Shown: positions 10,795 to 20,846, counted from the stretch's first letter. The stretch: 64,000 nt of DNA from a virus (IMGVR_UViG_3300047157_000105:32001-96000); one strand, 5' to 3'. Notes: generated from the letters alone by a model not told the origin. Translations and numbers: made by a program.

Positions 10795-12265
10795 AGATAA
10801 TGCCTTTATCTATGTAGATTGTGACGATAAAGGAATCATACAAGAACTAGCAGAGTATTTTACATTCTTTGTTCCTGGTTATAAATTCATGCCACAATTT
10901 AGAAATAAGATGTGGGATGGTAAGGTAAGACTACTTAATCTCAGAGACCAGTCTATATACGCTGGTCTATACAAATATATTGCAGCATTCGCTGCAGAAA
11001 GAAATATAAAACTTACAGTTATACCAAGTGCAAAGCTTGGTTATAATCTACCTAATGTCTATGTTGATGTTGACATGTCTTTTATAGATGAATATGTATT
11101 ACCATTTCCACCAAGAGATTATCAATTAGCCGCGGTCAAGCATGCACTCGAGAATAGAAAAGCGTTAATGGTATCTCCTACAGCCTCAGGTAAATCATAT
11201 ATTATATACCTTATGATGAGATATTTCTTAGATATGAGTTATGATTTAGAGGCTGATAAAGTATTATTGATTGTGCCTACTACATCACTTGTTAAACAAA
11301 TGGTGGGAGACTTTGCGAAGTACTCAGAGAATGATCCTAACTTTGATGTAAATGAATGCCATGAGATTATGGCAGGTTTAGATAAAGGTCATAAGACAAA
11401 AAGAATATATGTGTCTACATGGCAATCAATATACAAAATGCAGAAAGGTTATTTCCAGCAGTTTGGCATGGTAATTGGTGACGAGGCTCATGGATTTAAA
11501 GCTAAATCACTTACGAGTATTCTTACTAAATGCACAGAAGCTGGATATCGATATGGCTTAACAGGTACATTAGATGGTACACAAACACATAAGCTTGTCC
11601 TCGAAGGTTTATTTGGACCACATAAGAATATCACAACAAGTAAAGAATTAATTGATCGTGGTGATCTTGCCAATATAAAGATTGATATATTATTGCTCAA
11701 GCATCCTGAGGAACATTGTAAATTAGTGAATGGTATGAAATACCAAGATGAAGTAGATTGGATTGTTACATCATCTAAACGAAATAACTTTATAAAGAAT
11801 TTAGCTATCGATCTAAAAGGTAATACATTAGTATTATTCCAATATGTTGAGAAGCATGGTGAACCACTGTTTAGATTAATAGATGGTGCAACAGATGATA
11901 AGCGCAAAGTGTTTTATGTAAGCGGTAAGACACCTGCAGATACGCGCGAAGAAATTAGAGCTATCACAGAGACAGAGTCTAATGCTATATTAGTGTGTTC
12001 ATATGGCACATTCTCTACAGGAATAAATATAGTTAACTTACATAATATTATATTTGCATCACCGAGTAAGAGTCAAATACGAGTATTGCAAAGTATTGGT
12101 AGAGGATTAAGAAAGAGTACATTAGATACCACAGTTTATGACATTGCAGATGACTTACATTGGAAAGCAAATAAGAATTATACCTTAAATCATAGTGGTG
12201 AGAGGGTTAAAATATACAGTAAAGAAAGGTTCAAATTCAAGATACATGAGGTTAAATTATTATAA
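10769..12265 (+). CDS. uvsW: SF2 DNA helicase UvsW
   Basis: SPTASGKS, DEAH, QSIGRGLR. Confidence 0.97.
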   Translation: MEEITVQTKDNAFIYVDCDDKGIIQELAEYFTFFVPGYKFMPQFRNKMWDGKVRLLNLRDQSIYAGLYKYIAAFAAERNIKLTVIPSAKLGYNLPNVYVDVDMSFIDEYVLPFPPRDYQLAAVKHALENRKALMVSPTASGKSYIIYLMMRYFLDMSYDLEADKVLLIVPTTSLVKQMVGDFAKYSENDPNFDVNECHEIMAGLDKGHKTKRIYVSTWQSIYKMQKGYFQQFGMVIGDEAHGFKAKSLTSILTKCTEAGYRYGLTGTLDGTQTHKLVLEGLFGPHKNITTSKELIDRGDLANIKIDILLLKHPEEHCKLVNGMKYQDEVDWIVTSSKRNNFIKNLAIDLKGNTLVLFQYVEKHGEPLFRLIDGATDDKRKVFYVSGKTPADTREEIRAITETESNAILVCSYGTFSTGINIVNLHNIIFASPSKSQIRVLQSIGRGLRKSTLDTTVYDIADDLHWKANKNYTLNHSGERVKIYSKERFKFKIHEVKLL

Positions 12266-12273
12266 ATATATAC

Positions 12274-12639
12274 ATGGATAAAGACTTCCCAGATCACATA
12301 TCAGATTTACCTGTCAAACTATTCAAATTAGTATCAGGTGAACAAATTATTGCATACACTCATAACCTAGATGACGAATCTAATGGTGCACTCATTGGTA
12401 TAGAAGAACCGATGAAAGTATCAGTAGAAGAAGACCATCATTATGTTATGACACCATGGCTACCATTCTCTAGTCAGACATTACATGTCATAGAGGATTT
12501 TAATATTATGATTACTACAGATGTTACCGATGATGTGAAGGCACATTATATGAAGATTATATTGGATGAGATACAAACAGATAAACAGTTAATGGAAGAG
12601 CAAGTAAAGATGCTTAAAGGAAACGCCACCACCCATTAA
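12274..12639 (+). CDS. conserved T4-like hypothetical (Sm-like fold) upstream of gp55
   Basis: KLFKLVSGEQII pattern; late promoter 12261-12268. Confidence 0.7.
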   Translation: MDKDFPDHISDLPVKLFKLVSGEQIIAYTHNLDDESNGALIGIEEPMKVSVEEDHHYVMTPWLPFSSQTLHVIEDFNIMITTDVTDDVKAHYMKIILDEIQTDKQLMEEQVKMLKGNATTH

Positions 12640-12670
12640 TACTGTCTCCCCCCGCAGAGAGTACTCTCTT

Positions 12671-12700
12671 ATTATACCATATAAATAGGGTAAAGTACAT
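12671..12700 (-). promoter_or_regulatory. antisense early-type promoter (TGTACT-N17-TATAAT on - strand) containing a + strand late promoter TATAAATA (12680-12687)
   Basis: Reverse complement reads GTATGTACTTTACCCTATTTATATGGTATAAT. Confidence 0.7.
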
Positions 12701-12721
12701 ACTTTTTGCAAAATAAATATT

Positions 12722-13540
12722 ATGAAATATAAAGATTATTTTCTTATAGCTTGGATAGATATTACAACATATTGTAATGCAGCTTGTCCTCAATGTCATA
12801 GAACAAACCCCGATAATTTAAATAAGGTTGATTGGTTACCATTAGTTCAATGGTCGCTTAAAGATTTTATGATATCATTTACCACTGAAGATATGATAAA
12901 AATTGATAAATTTGAATTATGTGGAACATGGGGTGATCCTATTATGAATAAAGACGTAAAAGAAATTATTGAATATATTATAGAGAATAGTAATTGTAAT
13001 ATTCAAATAAATACAAATGGCGGTGTTCGCGATGAAGATTGGTGGTGGGATTTAGGAGTTATTGGTAGAGAAAGATTAGAAGTCTATTTTGATATTGAAG
13101 GAATAACTCCAGAAATGCATTCTAAATATAGACAAAAAGTTGATTTAGAAAAACTTAAAGAAAATATACATGCGTATGTGGGTACAGGCGCTACAGCGAA
13201 TGCCCATGTAATTGCTTTTAAACATAACGAAGATTATTTATATGATATTGTTAATATGATTGATAATGAATTAGGAATTAAAGGTGATATTATTATTCAA
13301 ACTTCTAATAGGTGGGATGAATATCATAAAAAAATGACGTATACTTATAAAGGTAAAGAAATAACAATTGAAGAAGTAACAAATAAAAATCATCCATTAC
13401 TTCAAGATATTGCTCCAATACGCGATAGAATTAATAGAAACGATTTTAATCTTCCAATAAATACTAAACTAAATCAATATACTAAAAGAACTGATCGTTT
13501 AACTAATGATGGTGTTATAACAGTTTTAGTAAAAAAATAA
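12722..13540 (+). CDS. radical SAM protein
   Basis: CNAACPQC motif; GTWGDP; INTNGG. Confidence 0.9.
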   Translation: MKYKDYFLIAWIDITTYCNAACPQCHRTNPDNLNKVDWLPLVQWSLKDFMISFTTEDMIKIDKFELCGTWGDPIMNKDVKEIIEYIIENSNCNIQINTNGGVRDEDWWWDLGVIGRERLEVYFDIEGITPEMHSKYRQKVDLEKLKENIHAYVGTGATANAHVIAFKHNEDYLYDIVNMIDNELGIKGDIIIQTSNRWDEYHKKMTYTYKGKEITIEEVTNKNHPLLQDIAPIRDRINRNDFNLPINTKLNQYTKRTDRLTNDGVITVLVKK

Positions 13541-13923
13541 TGGAAAAATCAAATAAAAATAATATTATTTGTAGATGGATTGAAGATGATAAATTTCTTG
13601 TAAATCCAGATAAACAAGTTTGGCCGTGCTGTTATTTAGCAAACGGCGGTTATAAATGGAGAGTGACTGAATTACATAATGACCCAGAGATTCTTAATAG
13701 AGGTGTAGATGATATTACAAATCCTATAATGCAAAAATATTATGAATATGAAGATGAATTAAATCTTATGAATAATTCTCTAGATAATATTTTAAATCAC
13801 AAATGGTTTACAGAAATATTACCAGAATCATGGAATACAGATAATCCACACAGACTTTGTAAATTAGTATGTTCAAGAGATTTAGATGAATCAATAATTC
13901 CTTTAGATAATGATACCCTGTAA
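13540..13923 (+). CDS. SPASM/twitch-like Fe-S domain protein
   Basis: C…VWPCC…CKLVC pattern; TAATG coupling to the upstream radical SAM gene. Confidence 0.7.
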   Translation: MEKSNKNNIICRWIEDDKFLVNPDKQVWPCCYLANGGYKWRVTELHNDPEILNRGVDDITNPIMQKYYEYEDELNLMNNSLDNILNHKWFTEILPESWNTDNPHRLCKLVCSRDLDESIIPLDNDTL

Positions 13924-14914
13924 AGCTCCATTTAATAATATGTATTTTAATGTTCGTGGAAGAGTTTCCCCTTGTTGGAAGCTTCCTGGATATTGTGATA
14001 ATTGGTCACAAGATAGATCTATAAAAGATATCTGGTTTGGTGATAAATTCCAAATGTATAGAGATGCATTAGAAAAAAATATATTCTTAAATCGTTGTAA
14101 AGAATGTGAAAAGAATATTAATGAAGGTGTTTGGCCGCTAGCTAAAGCTTATGAAGATTTTCCTATGAATCAATATCCAAGTATGATGGAGCTTGAATTA
14201 AGTAATCAATGTAATCTTGAATGTATAATGTGTAATGGTGATTTAAGTAGTGGTATACGTAAGAATCGTGAAAACCTTCCACCTTTACCTATGATTTATG
14301 ATGACTTATTTAGAGAACAACTACATGAATTTATTCCACACTTAGTTGAATTAAGATTTAATGGTGGTGAACCATTTGCTCAAAAAAGTGTATTAGATAT
14401 ATGCGATGATGTTGCCCGTATTAATCCATCACTAAAAATTAATGTGGCAACTAATGGTACAGTAATTAATAAAAGAGTTAGGCATATTATGGAAAATAAT
14501 AATTTACATCTTAATATTTCTATCGATAGTTTAATTCCTGAGAGATATGAAGAGATTCGTATTAATGGTAAGTTCAATAAACTAATCAAAAATACTGAAA
14601 TATTTGCAGAGTATTGTACTAAAAATAATCGCGAATTAGCAATTATGGTTAATCCTATGAGAAATAATTGGGATGAGATGGATAACTATGTAAAGTTTAC
14701 TGAAAAACTGAATGCAAATTTGTGGTTTAATACCATACTTTATCCTAAACATTTAGCAATTTGGAATTTACCATCTGATGAATTAAATAAAATTTATTAT
14801 AGAATGAAAGTTCAATTAAATAAACTTGATAAATCACTAAATAATTATCATATATTAGAACATTTAATAGAGAAACAAATTAAAAATTGGCTATTAGATA
14901 GCTATATTATTTAG
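13910..14914 (+). CDS. radical SAM protein with N-terminal SPASM-like domain
   Basis: CKAPF…VSPC…CKEC followed by CNLECIMC; GGEPF; ATNGT. Confidence 0.9.
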   Translation: MIPCKAPFNNMYFNVRGRVSPCWKLPGYCDNWSQDRSIKDIWFGDKFQMYRDALEKNIFLNRCKECEKNINEGVWPLAKAYEDFPMNQYPSMMELELSNQCNLECIMCNGDLSSGIRKNRENLPPLPMIYDDLFREQLHEFIPHLVELRFNGGEPFAQKSVLDICDDVARINPSLKINVATNGTVINKRVRHIMENNNLHLNISIDSLIPERYEEIRINGKFNKLIKNTEIFAEYCTKNNRELAIMVNPMRNNWDEMDNYVKFTEKLNANLWFNTILYPKHLAIWNLPSDELNKIYYRMKVQLNKLDKSLNNYHILEHLIEKQIKNWLLDSYII

Positions 14915-14922
14915 AATAAGTA

Positions 14923-14950
14923 TGTACAATCGCGCGAAATATGTTATAAT
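14923..14950 (+). promoter_or_regulatory. early/middle promoter of gp55
   Basis: TGTACA-N16-TATAAT with extended -10 TG. Confidence 0.8.
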
Positions 14951-14980
14951 GGTAATACATTTGAACTAATAGGAAATATT

Positions 14981-15562
14981 ATGCCTGAAAAAATTAAACC
15001 TCGTGATAAACCCCATTACGTAAACAATAGAGACTTCTCATATGCAGTTGTTGAATATGTTGAGAAAGCAAATGCGGCAAAAGAAAGTGGAGAGAAGAAT
15101 CCAGTTGTACCTGATTATATCGCAATATGTTTTATGAAGATCTGCGAAGGATTATCTCATAAGCCAAACTTTGTAAGATATACATATCGAGATGAGATGG
15201 TCATGGATGGAGTTGAGAATTGTTTAAAAGCAATATACAACTATAGAATAGATGCAAGCACAAGAACTGGTAAGCCTAATGCATTCTCATATTTTACACA
15301 GATAGCTTACTTTGCTTTTATACGTAGAATTGTAAAAGAAAAGAAACAAGCTGATATCAAATTTAAATTCATGGAGCAAGCAAACATTGAAGAGTTTGTA
15401 TCTGCTATTGATATGAACAGTCCAATCGATCAAACATTCCTTGATACACTTCGTGAAAAGATTTCAAAGATTCAAGAGATTGATAAGCAAGTAAAAGACT
15501 TTGCAAAGGAAGAGAAGGAAAAGAAAAAGAAAGGATTAGAATTACACATGGCTTATGCATAA
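14981..15562 (+). CDS. gp55: late transcription sigma factor
   Basis: HYVNN, NFVRYTYRDEMVMDGVENC, NAFSYFTQIAYFAFIRRI. Confidence 0.97.
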   Translation: MPEKIKPRDKPHYVNNRDFSYAVVEYVEKANAAKESGEKNPVVPDYIAICFMKICEGLSHKPNFVRYTYRDEMVMDGVENCLKAIYNYRIDASTRTGKPNAFSYFTQIAYFAFIRRIVKEKKQADIKFKFMEQANIEEFVSAIDMNSPIDQTFLDTLREKISKIQEIDKQVKDFAKEEKEKKKKGLELHMAYA

Positions 15563-16490
15563 AATATATATTACTGGTATCGCTGGTTTTATTGGGTTTC
15601 ATTTAGCAAAAAAATTAGCTGAGGAAGGCTATGAAGTTGCAGGCTTAGATAACTTTAATGGCTATTATGATACACAATTAAAGTATGATAGATCATCAAT
15701 ATTGCATACACAATATGGTATTATTACAGATGCACATAGTTTAGATACTCAATATTGTGGTGCATTAAATTTATTAAAAGAACCAGTTGTACATGATTAT
15801 GATGCAGTTATTCATTTGGCTGCATATGCTGGTGTCCGACACTCACTAGAGAATCCCCAAACCTATATTGATAATAATATAACAGGTACACAAAAATTAA
15901 TTACAACATGTGAAGAACATGGAATACCTGTTATATATGCATCATCATCTTGTGTAGATTCTGATCATCTTAATCCTTATGCTTGGTCTAAATATGTGAA
16001 TGAAAAACAATTTGAGACATCTAAATTACTTTCAAGCGGCTTGAGGTTTTATACGGTTTACGGAGAGTATGGTAGACCTGATATGGCTTTACATACATTC
16101 GCAGATCTTATGTCTCAAGGTAAAGCAATAGACATCTATAACCATGGTGATATGCAACGTGACTTTACTTATATCGGTGATTTAGTTGATGGCATTGAAA
16201 TTATATTAGAGTATATGCTCAATCAGCCTCAAGAGAATCAACATGAAATCTATAATCTTGGTACAGGTAAATCAAATGAGCTTATGGATTATATAGAATG
16301 TTTAGAGAATGAATTAGGAAGAGTGGCATTAAAAAACTATTTGCCTATGCATCCTGCCGATGTTAAATCTACACAAGCAAATATAGGTAAGGCTCAATCA
16401 TTAGGATATAACCCAAAGGTGTCAATCCAAGAAGGAATTAAACACTTTGCAGACTGGTTTAAAGATTACCACAAAGGTATGTACTTTTAA
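15555..16490 (+). CDS. NAD-dependent epimerase, UDP-glucuronate 4-epimerase-like
   Basis: TGIAGFIG, HLAAYAGVRHS, YxxxK, FYTVYGEYGRPDMA, RDFTY. Confidence 0.88.
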   Translation: MHKIYITGIAGFIGFHLAKKLAEEGYEVAGLDNFNGYYDTQLKYDRSSILHTQYGIITDAHSLDTQYCGALNLLKEPVVHDYDAVIHLAAYAGVRHSLENPQTYIDNNITGTQKLITTCEEHGIPVIYASSSCVDSDHLNPYAWSKYVNEKQFETSKLLSSGLRFYTVYGEYGRPDMALHTFADLMSQGKAIDIYNHGDMQRDFTYIGDLVDGIEIILEYMLNQPQENQHEIYNLGTGKSNELMDYIECLENELGRVALKNYLPMHPADVKSTQANIGKAQSLGYNPKVSIQEGIKHFADWFKDYHKGMYF

Positions 16491-16507
16491 ACAATTTGTG
16501 TTATAAT
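16480..16507 (+). promoter_or_regulatory. early/middle promoter giving a probably leaderless mRNA
   Basis: TGTACT-N16-TATAAT, ATG 7 nt downstream. Confidence 0.75.
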
Positions 16508-16514
16508 ATACAGA

Positions 16515-17306
16515 ATGGAACGACGATTATTAATAATAGGATATGGCGTAGTAGGCAGAGCTGTATTCACAGGTTTAATTAGAGATAAAAATAATACTAT
16601 AGATGTATTAGATAGACCTGCTGGTTATGACTTACCTGATTTAAAATATTCAGATTATGATGGTGTTATATTATGTTTACCTACACCCGAAGGGCCAATG
16701 GGTGAATGTGATGACATGATGGTAGAGCAGTATCATAGAGATATTAGATCTGAATTGCCATGGATACCTATTCTTATTAAGTCAACTATATCACTTGAAT
16801 TAATTAAATTACTTGAAGACGATATGGCTCTTACATATAATCCAGAATTTTTAAGAGAGGATGGCGGAGATGAACAATTTATAAAACAAGACTTTGCAAT
16901 ATTTGGTGGTAGCAATTCACGATTTTGGTATTATGTATATGTTAATGCTGATATAACAATGAGCAAAGTAAGATTTACATCTTTAATTAATGCAGGATAT
17001 GCTAAGTATGCAATCAATACATTCCTTGCCACAAAGGTTGTATTCTTTAATGAATTAAGAAATATGTATTCTGATGAGAGATTTGATGAGTTAACAGATC
17101 TTATATCACTTGATGAAAGAATAGGCAATAGCCATATGATGGTTCCTGGGCCTGATCAAAAATACGGATTTGGTGGTAAGTGTTTTCCAAAAGATACAAG
17201 TGCATTTGCAGTATCTGCAAGAAGTATTGGATCACCATTAAAGCTTTTAGAAAAAGCTATAGATATAAACAAGGAGTTAAGAGATGAAAATAGCTTTATT
17301 AAATGA
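16515..17306 (+). CDS. UDP-glucose/GDP-mannose 6-dehydrogenase family (short form)
   Basis: GYGVVG, CLPTP, IKST, NPEFLRE, GFGGKCFPKD. Confidence 0.9.
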   Translation: MERRLLIIGYGVVGRAVFTGLIRDKNNTIDVLDRPAGYDLPDLKYSDYDGVILCLPTPEGPMGECDDMMVEQYHRDIRSELPWIPILIKSTISLELIKLLEDDMALTYNPEFLREDGGDEQFIKQDFAIFGGSNSRFWYYVYVNADITMSKVRFTSLINAGYAKYAINTFLATKVVFFNELRNMYSDERFDELTDLISLDERIGNSHMMVPGPDQKYGFGGKCFPKDTSAFAVSARSIGSPLKLLEKAIDINKELRDENSFIK

Positions 17307-18348
17307 TACACATTGCGGTGTAAGAAATAGTTCAGAGATATTCATAGACTTCCAAGAGAGATTCTATGAGCAAGTATTCTTTCCATATTGTAAAGATAAT
17401 GATATAAAACATATCATACATCTCGGTGATTATTATGACCATAGGAAATTCGTAAACTTTAAGGCATTAAATGCTAATCGTAGACATTTCCTTGAGCCTA
17501 TGAAACAGAATGGTATGACCATGGATATTATTCCAGGTAACCATGATGTATTCCATAAGAACACAAATGATCTATGTTCTCTTAAAGAACTATTAGGTTA
17601 TTATACAAGCAATATTAATATTGTTATGAAACCATCAACGTTAAACTATGATGGGTGTGATGTACATTTAGTGCCATGGATTAACTCAGAGAATTGGGAT
17701 TCATCAATGAACTTCTTGGCAAGTAACAAAGGTATTATGATGGGTCATTTAGAGTTGCAAGGCTTTGAAATGATGAGAGGTATTAAACAACCTATGGGTC
17801 ATGGTATGGGTGTAGAACCTTTTGCACACTTTGACTTATGTTTATCAGGTCATTATCATGCAAGTTCACAACAAGGCAATATCAGATACCTAGGATGCCA
17901 AATGGAATTTACATGGGCAGATGCTGGTGATCAGAAATACTTCCATGTATTCGATACAGACACAAAAACAATAGAGGCAATACCTAATCCGCTCACGTTA
18001 TTTGAGAAAATATATTATGATGATACAGATACAGATTACACAAATTATGATATAAATACACTTACAGGCAAATTTGTTAAAGTAATTGTTGGGAATAAGT
18101 CTAACCCATTCATGTTTGACAAATTTATTGAACGGATATCAGAGCTAGATACACACGATTTAAAGATAGCTGAAAATTTCTCTGAGTTCTTAGGTGAGAA
18201 TGTTCTTACCAATATAGAAGATGTAGAAAATACAACAGACTTAATGGCAAGTTATATTGATGGTGTGAATACAGATCTTGACAAAGAGAAGCTCAAGACT
18301 CTGATGAACAGTCTCTATAATGATGCCATAGATATGGAGATACAATAA
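17284..18348 (+). CDS. gp47: recombination endonuclease subunit (Mre11/SbcD-like)
   Basis: DTHCG, GDYYD, PGNHD, SGHYH. Confidence 0.96.
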   Translation: MKIALLNDTHCGVRNSSEIFIDFQERFYEQVFFPYCKDNDIKHIIHLGDYYDHRKFVNFKALNANRRHFLEPMKQNGMTMDIIPGNHDVFHKNTNDLCSLKELLGYYTSNINIVMKPSTLNYDGCDVHLVPWINSENWDSSMNFLASNKGIMMGHLELQGFEMMRGIKQPMGHGMGVEPFAHFDLCLSGHYHASSQQGNIRYLGCQMEFTWADAGDQKYFHVFDTDTKTIEAIPNPLTLFEKIYYDDTDTDYTNYDINTLTGKFVKVIVGNKSNPFMFDKFIERISELDTHDLKIAENFSEFLGENVLTNIEDVENTTDLMASYIDGVNTDLDKEKLKTLMNSLYNDAIDMEIQ

Positions 18349-18509
18349 TGAAAATGAAAAAAATTTCAAAATCAAGATGGGGAATACTAGCACTCGTGGT
18401 AGTAGGTCTTATTGTTTTATTTAATGTAGCTGGATGTTCTGTAGTGCAGAGCAGTTGGGATAAAATAAACCCAAATAAAATTGAAGTTCCAGTTTGTGAA
18501 GGATCATGA
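18348..18509 (+). CDS. small lipoprotein, 53 aa (not in ORF track)
   Basis: MKMKKISKSRWGILALVVVGLIVLFNVAG-C: basic n-region, hydrophobic h-region, lipobox. Confidence 0.7.
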   Translation: MKMKKISKSRWGILALVVVGLIVLFNVAGCSVVQSSWDKINPNKIEVPVCEGS

Positions 18510-19060
18510 GAAGCATGCGAGGATATAAGAGGTTAGTATTACTATCATTCCTATTGCCAATATTGGCTTGGGCAGAGATCGAACAAGTATGGACAGATTT
18601 CAGCCCAAAGCCTGAGGTTGTATATGATATAGCACCTGAACCAACGAAGAGTGCAGCAGCAATCGTTAAAGAAGTTCAGGAAGTTCAGATCGAAGCCAGA
18701 ACTGATGAGACTGGTACAGAGAATTTAGACAAAGAAAAGTATAGATCATACTTTGAAGATAAGTCTCTTGTGCTTATGGTCTTAGGTGGAGTAGAATATT
18801 GGAAAATGAATTGCGGTGAGTTATCAGTGCAAGGTAACTATTTCATGAAGCTTGCAATCAAAAAGCATGAAATAGACGAAGAGGAAATGCATATGGATAT
18901 GAGTTTCCAAACAGGTTTATTTGCTGCTCAACTATATAATAGCTGTGACCACTTTTTACAACAAGTAAAATCGATTGGATTAGATATGATGTTTGTAGTA
19001 GACCCAGATGTCGTACCCTCACCAGAAGCAATAAATAATATAAGCAATCCAGAAACATAA
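18506..19060 (+). CDS. exported hypothetical protein
   Basis: Sec-type signal peptide ending LAWA; two Cys. Confidence 0.65.
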   Translation: MRSMRGYKRLVLLSFLLPILAWAEIEQVWTDFSPKPEVVYDIAPEPTKSAAAIVKEVQEVQIEARTDETGTENLDKEKYRSYFEDKSLVLMVLGGVEYWKMNCGELSVQGNYFMKLAIKKHEIDEEEMHMDMSFQTGLFAAQLYNSCDHFLQQVKSIGLDMMFVVDPDVVPSPEAINNISNPET

Positions 19061-19063
19061 GTA

Positions 19064-19091
19064 TGTACAAACCATACTTTAGTGATATAAT
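19064..19091 (+). promoter_or_regulatory. early/middle promoter giving a leaderless gp46 mRNA
   Basis: TGTACA-N16-TATAAT; ATG 6 nt after -10; no SD. Confidence 0.8.
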
Positions 19092-19097
19092 ATACCC

Positions 19098-20759
19098 ATG
19101 ATATTATTCAAAGAACTCACATACAAAAACTTTCTCTCAACTGGTAATAATGCAATAACAATAGATCTCAATAAGTCGAGATCAACTCTTATTGTAGGTA
19201 CTAATGGTACAGGTAAGTCTACCATATTAGATGCCATATCATTTGCTTTATTTAATAAGCCTCATCGTAATGTCAAGAGAGGTGGCTTAGTTAACTCAGT
19301 AAATGGTAAAGGTTGTGAGGTTACCATAGAATTTGAAACCGCTGGTCATACGTGGAAAGTATTACGTGGTATTAAACCAAATAAGTTTGAAGTCTATCAA
19401 GATGGTAACATGATAGATCAGCAAACAAATGTAAGAGACTATCAAAAGTTCTTAGAGCAAAACATCTTAAAGCTTAATCATAAATCATTCCATCAGATTG
19501 TGGTATTAGGATCATCTTCCTTTATACCGTTTATGCAACTGAAAGCATGGGACCGTAGAGATGTGATTGAAGATCTATTAGACATTGGTGTGTTTAGTAA
19601 GATGAAGACAGTATTAAAAACACGTAATGCTCAATCAAAAGAATGGGCAAAGAATTCACACATTGCATTAAATAATCAGAAAGACAAAATAGAATATCAA
19701 AAGAAACACATAGCACAATTAGAATCAATTAATGAAGATGCAAAGAAATCATTTAATGAAGAGATAAAAGAAACACAAGATAAAATTGATTCTCTAAAAT
19801 CTGATTTGGATAAATATCCGGTTGGCTTACGCGGCACTCTCAACTCCTTAAGGAAAGTCAGAGAAGGTCTAAATACTGAGAAAGGTAAACACTCACATTC
19901 TATGAAAGAGCTTGTAGGTAAAGCAAAGTTCTTTGAAGTGAATACTGCTTGCCCTACATGTACTCAAGAGATCAGCGAAAGTGTAAAGACTTCTATGTTG
20001 ACTGATGTACGTACACAAGCAAAACAAACTCAAAAGGATATAGATCTAAATAAAACAAAGTTCGATGAGACTATTAAAACACTAGAGGATGTGCAAACAC
20101 AAATCTCTGAAATAGCTGATATTAATTCACAAATATCAACACAAACAACTACAATGACAAAGCTAGTCAATAAGCAAGTCAAAGAAGTTGATATTGATGC
20201 ACCTGCCAAAGAGCTTGTTGATATGACCTATGATCTAATTGATATACAGGATAACCTCACGGAAGCTGAGGATCAGGTATTATATAACAATATTGCCGCT
20301 GAGATGCTCAAGGATACAGGTATTCGAACGAAAATTATCAGAGAATACTTACCTGCCATGAATGCCCTGATCAATAAATACCTCCAGACACTTGAGTTCT
20401 TTGTTGCATTTCACCTTAATGAGAACTTCGAAGAGTCAATCAAGTCAAGACATAGGGACGAATTTGTATATGCTAACTTCTCTGAAGGTGAGAAGATGCG
20501 TATTGATTTGTCATTGTTGTTTGCATGGAGACAGATAGCAAAGATGAAAAACTCTACAAACACAAATCTATTAATCCTTGATGAGACATTTGATTCATCT
20601 CTTGATGATGAAGGTACAGACAATCTAATGAAGATCTTAAAGACATTAGAGAAAGGCACAAACACATTTATTATATCACATAAGCCTGATGTTCTTGAAT
20701 CAAAAATGGAACAAAAAATACAATTTACTAAGAAAAATAATTTCTCAGAAATCGCATAA
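19098..20759 (+). CDS. gp46: recombination endonuclease ATPase subunit (Rad50/SbcC-like)
   Basis: GTNGTGKS, CPTC zinc hook, FSEGEK, LILDE. Confidence 0.97.
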   Translation: MILFKELTYKNFLSTGNNAITIDLNKSRSTLIVGTNGTGKSTILDAISFALFNKPHRNVKRGGLVNSVNGKGCEVTIEFETAGHTWKVLRGIKPNKFEVYQDGNMIDQQTNVRDYQKFLEQNILKLNHKSFHQIVVLGSSSFIPFMQLKAWDRRDVIEDLLDIGVFSKMKTVLKTRNAQSKEWAKNSHIALNNQKDKIEYQKKHIAQLESINEDAKKSFNEEIKETQDKIDSLKSDLDKYPVGLRGTLNSLRKVREGLNTEKGKHSHSMKELVGKAKFFEVNTACPTCTQEISESVKTSMLTDVRTQAKQTQKDIDLNKTKFDETIKTLEDVQTQISEIADINSQISTQTTTMTKLVNKQVKEVDIDAPAKELVDMTYDLIDIQDNLTEAEDQVLYNNIAAEMLKDTGIRTKIIREYLPAMNALINKYLQTLEFFVAFHLNENFEESIKSRHRDEFVYANFSEGEKMRIDLSLLFAWRQIAKMKNSTNTNLLILDETFDSSLDDEGTDNLMKILKTLEKGTNTFIISHKPDVLESKMEQKIQFTKKNNFSEIA

Positions 20760-20811
20760 CTGCTCTATCGGGGTACCGCACCCCGCAACATCAACACTGG
20801 CAATACATTCT

Positions 20812-20846
20812 CTGGCACACCAACTCGCCGCATCTGGACCAGTAAA
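20812..20846 (+). repeat. 35-bp promoter-associated repeat, copy 1 (promoter 20851-20879)
   Basis: CTGGCACACCAACTCGCCGCATCTGGACCAGTAAA, identical at 22056 and 56901. Confidence 0.95.
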
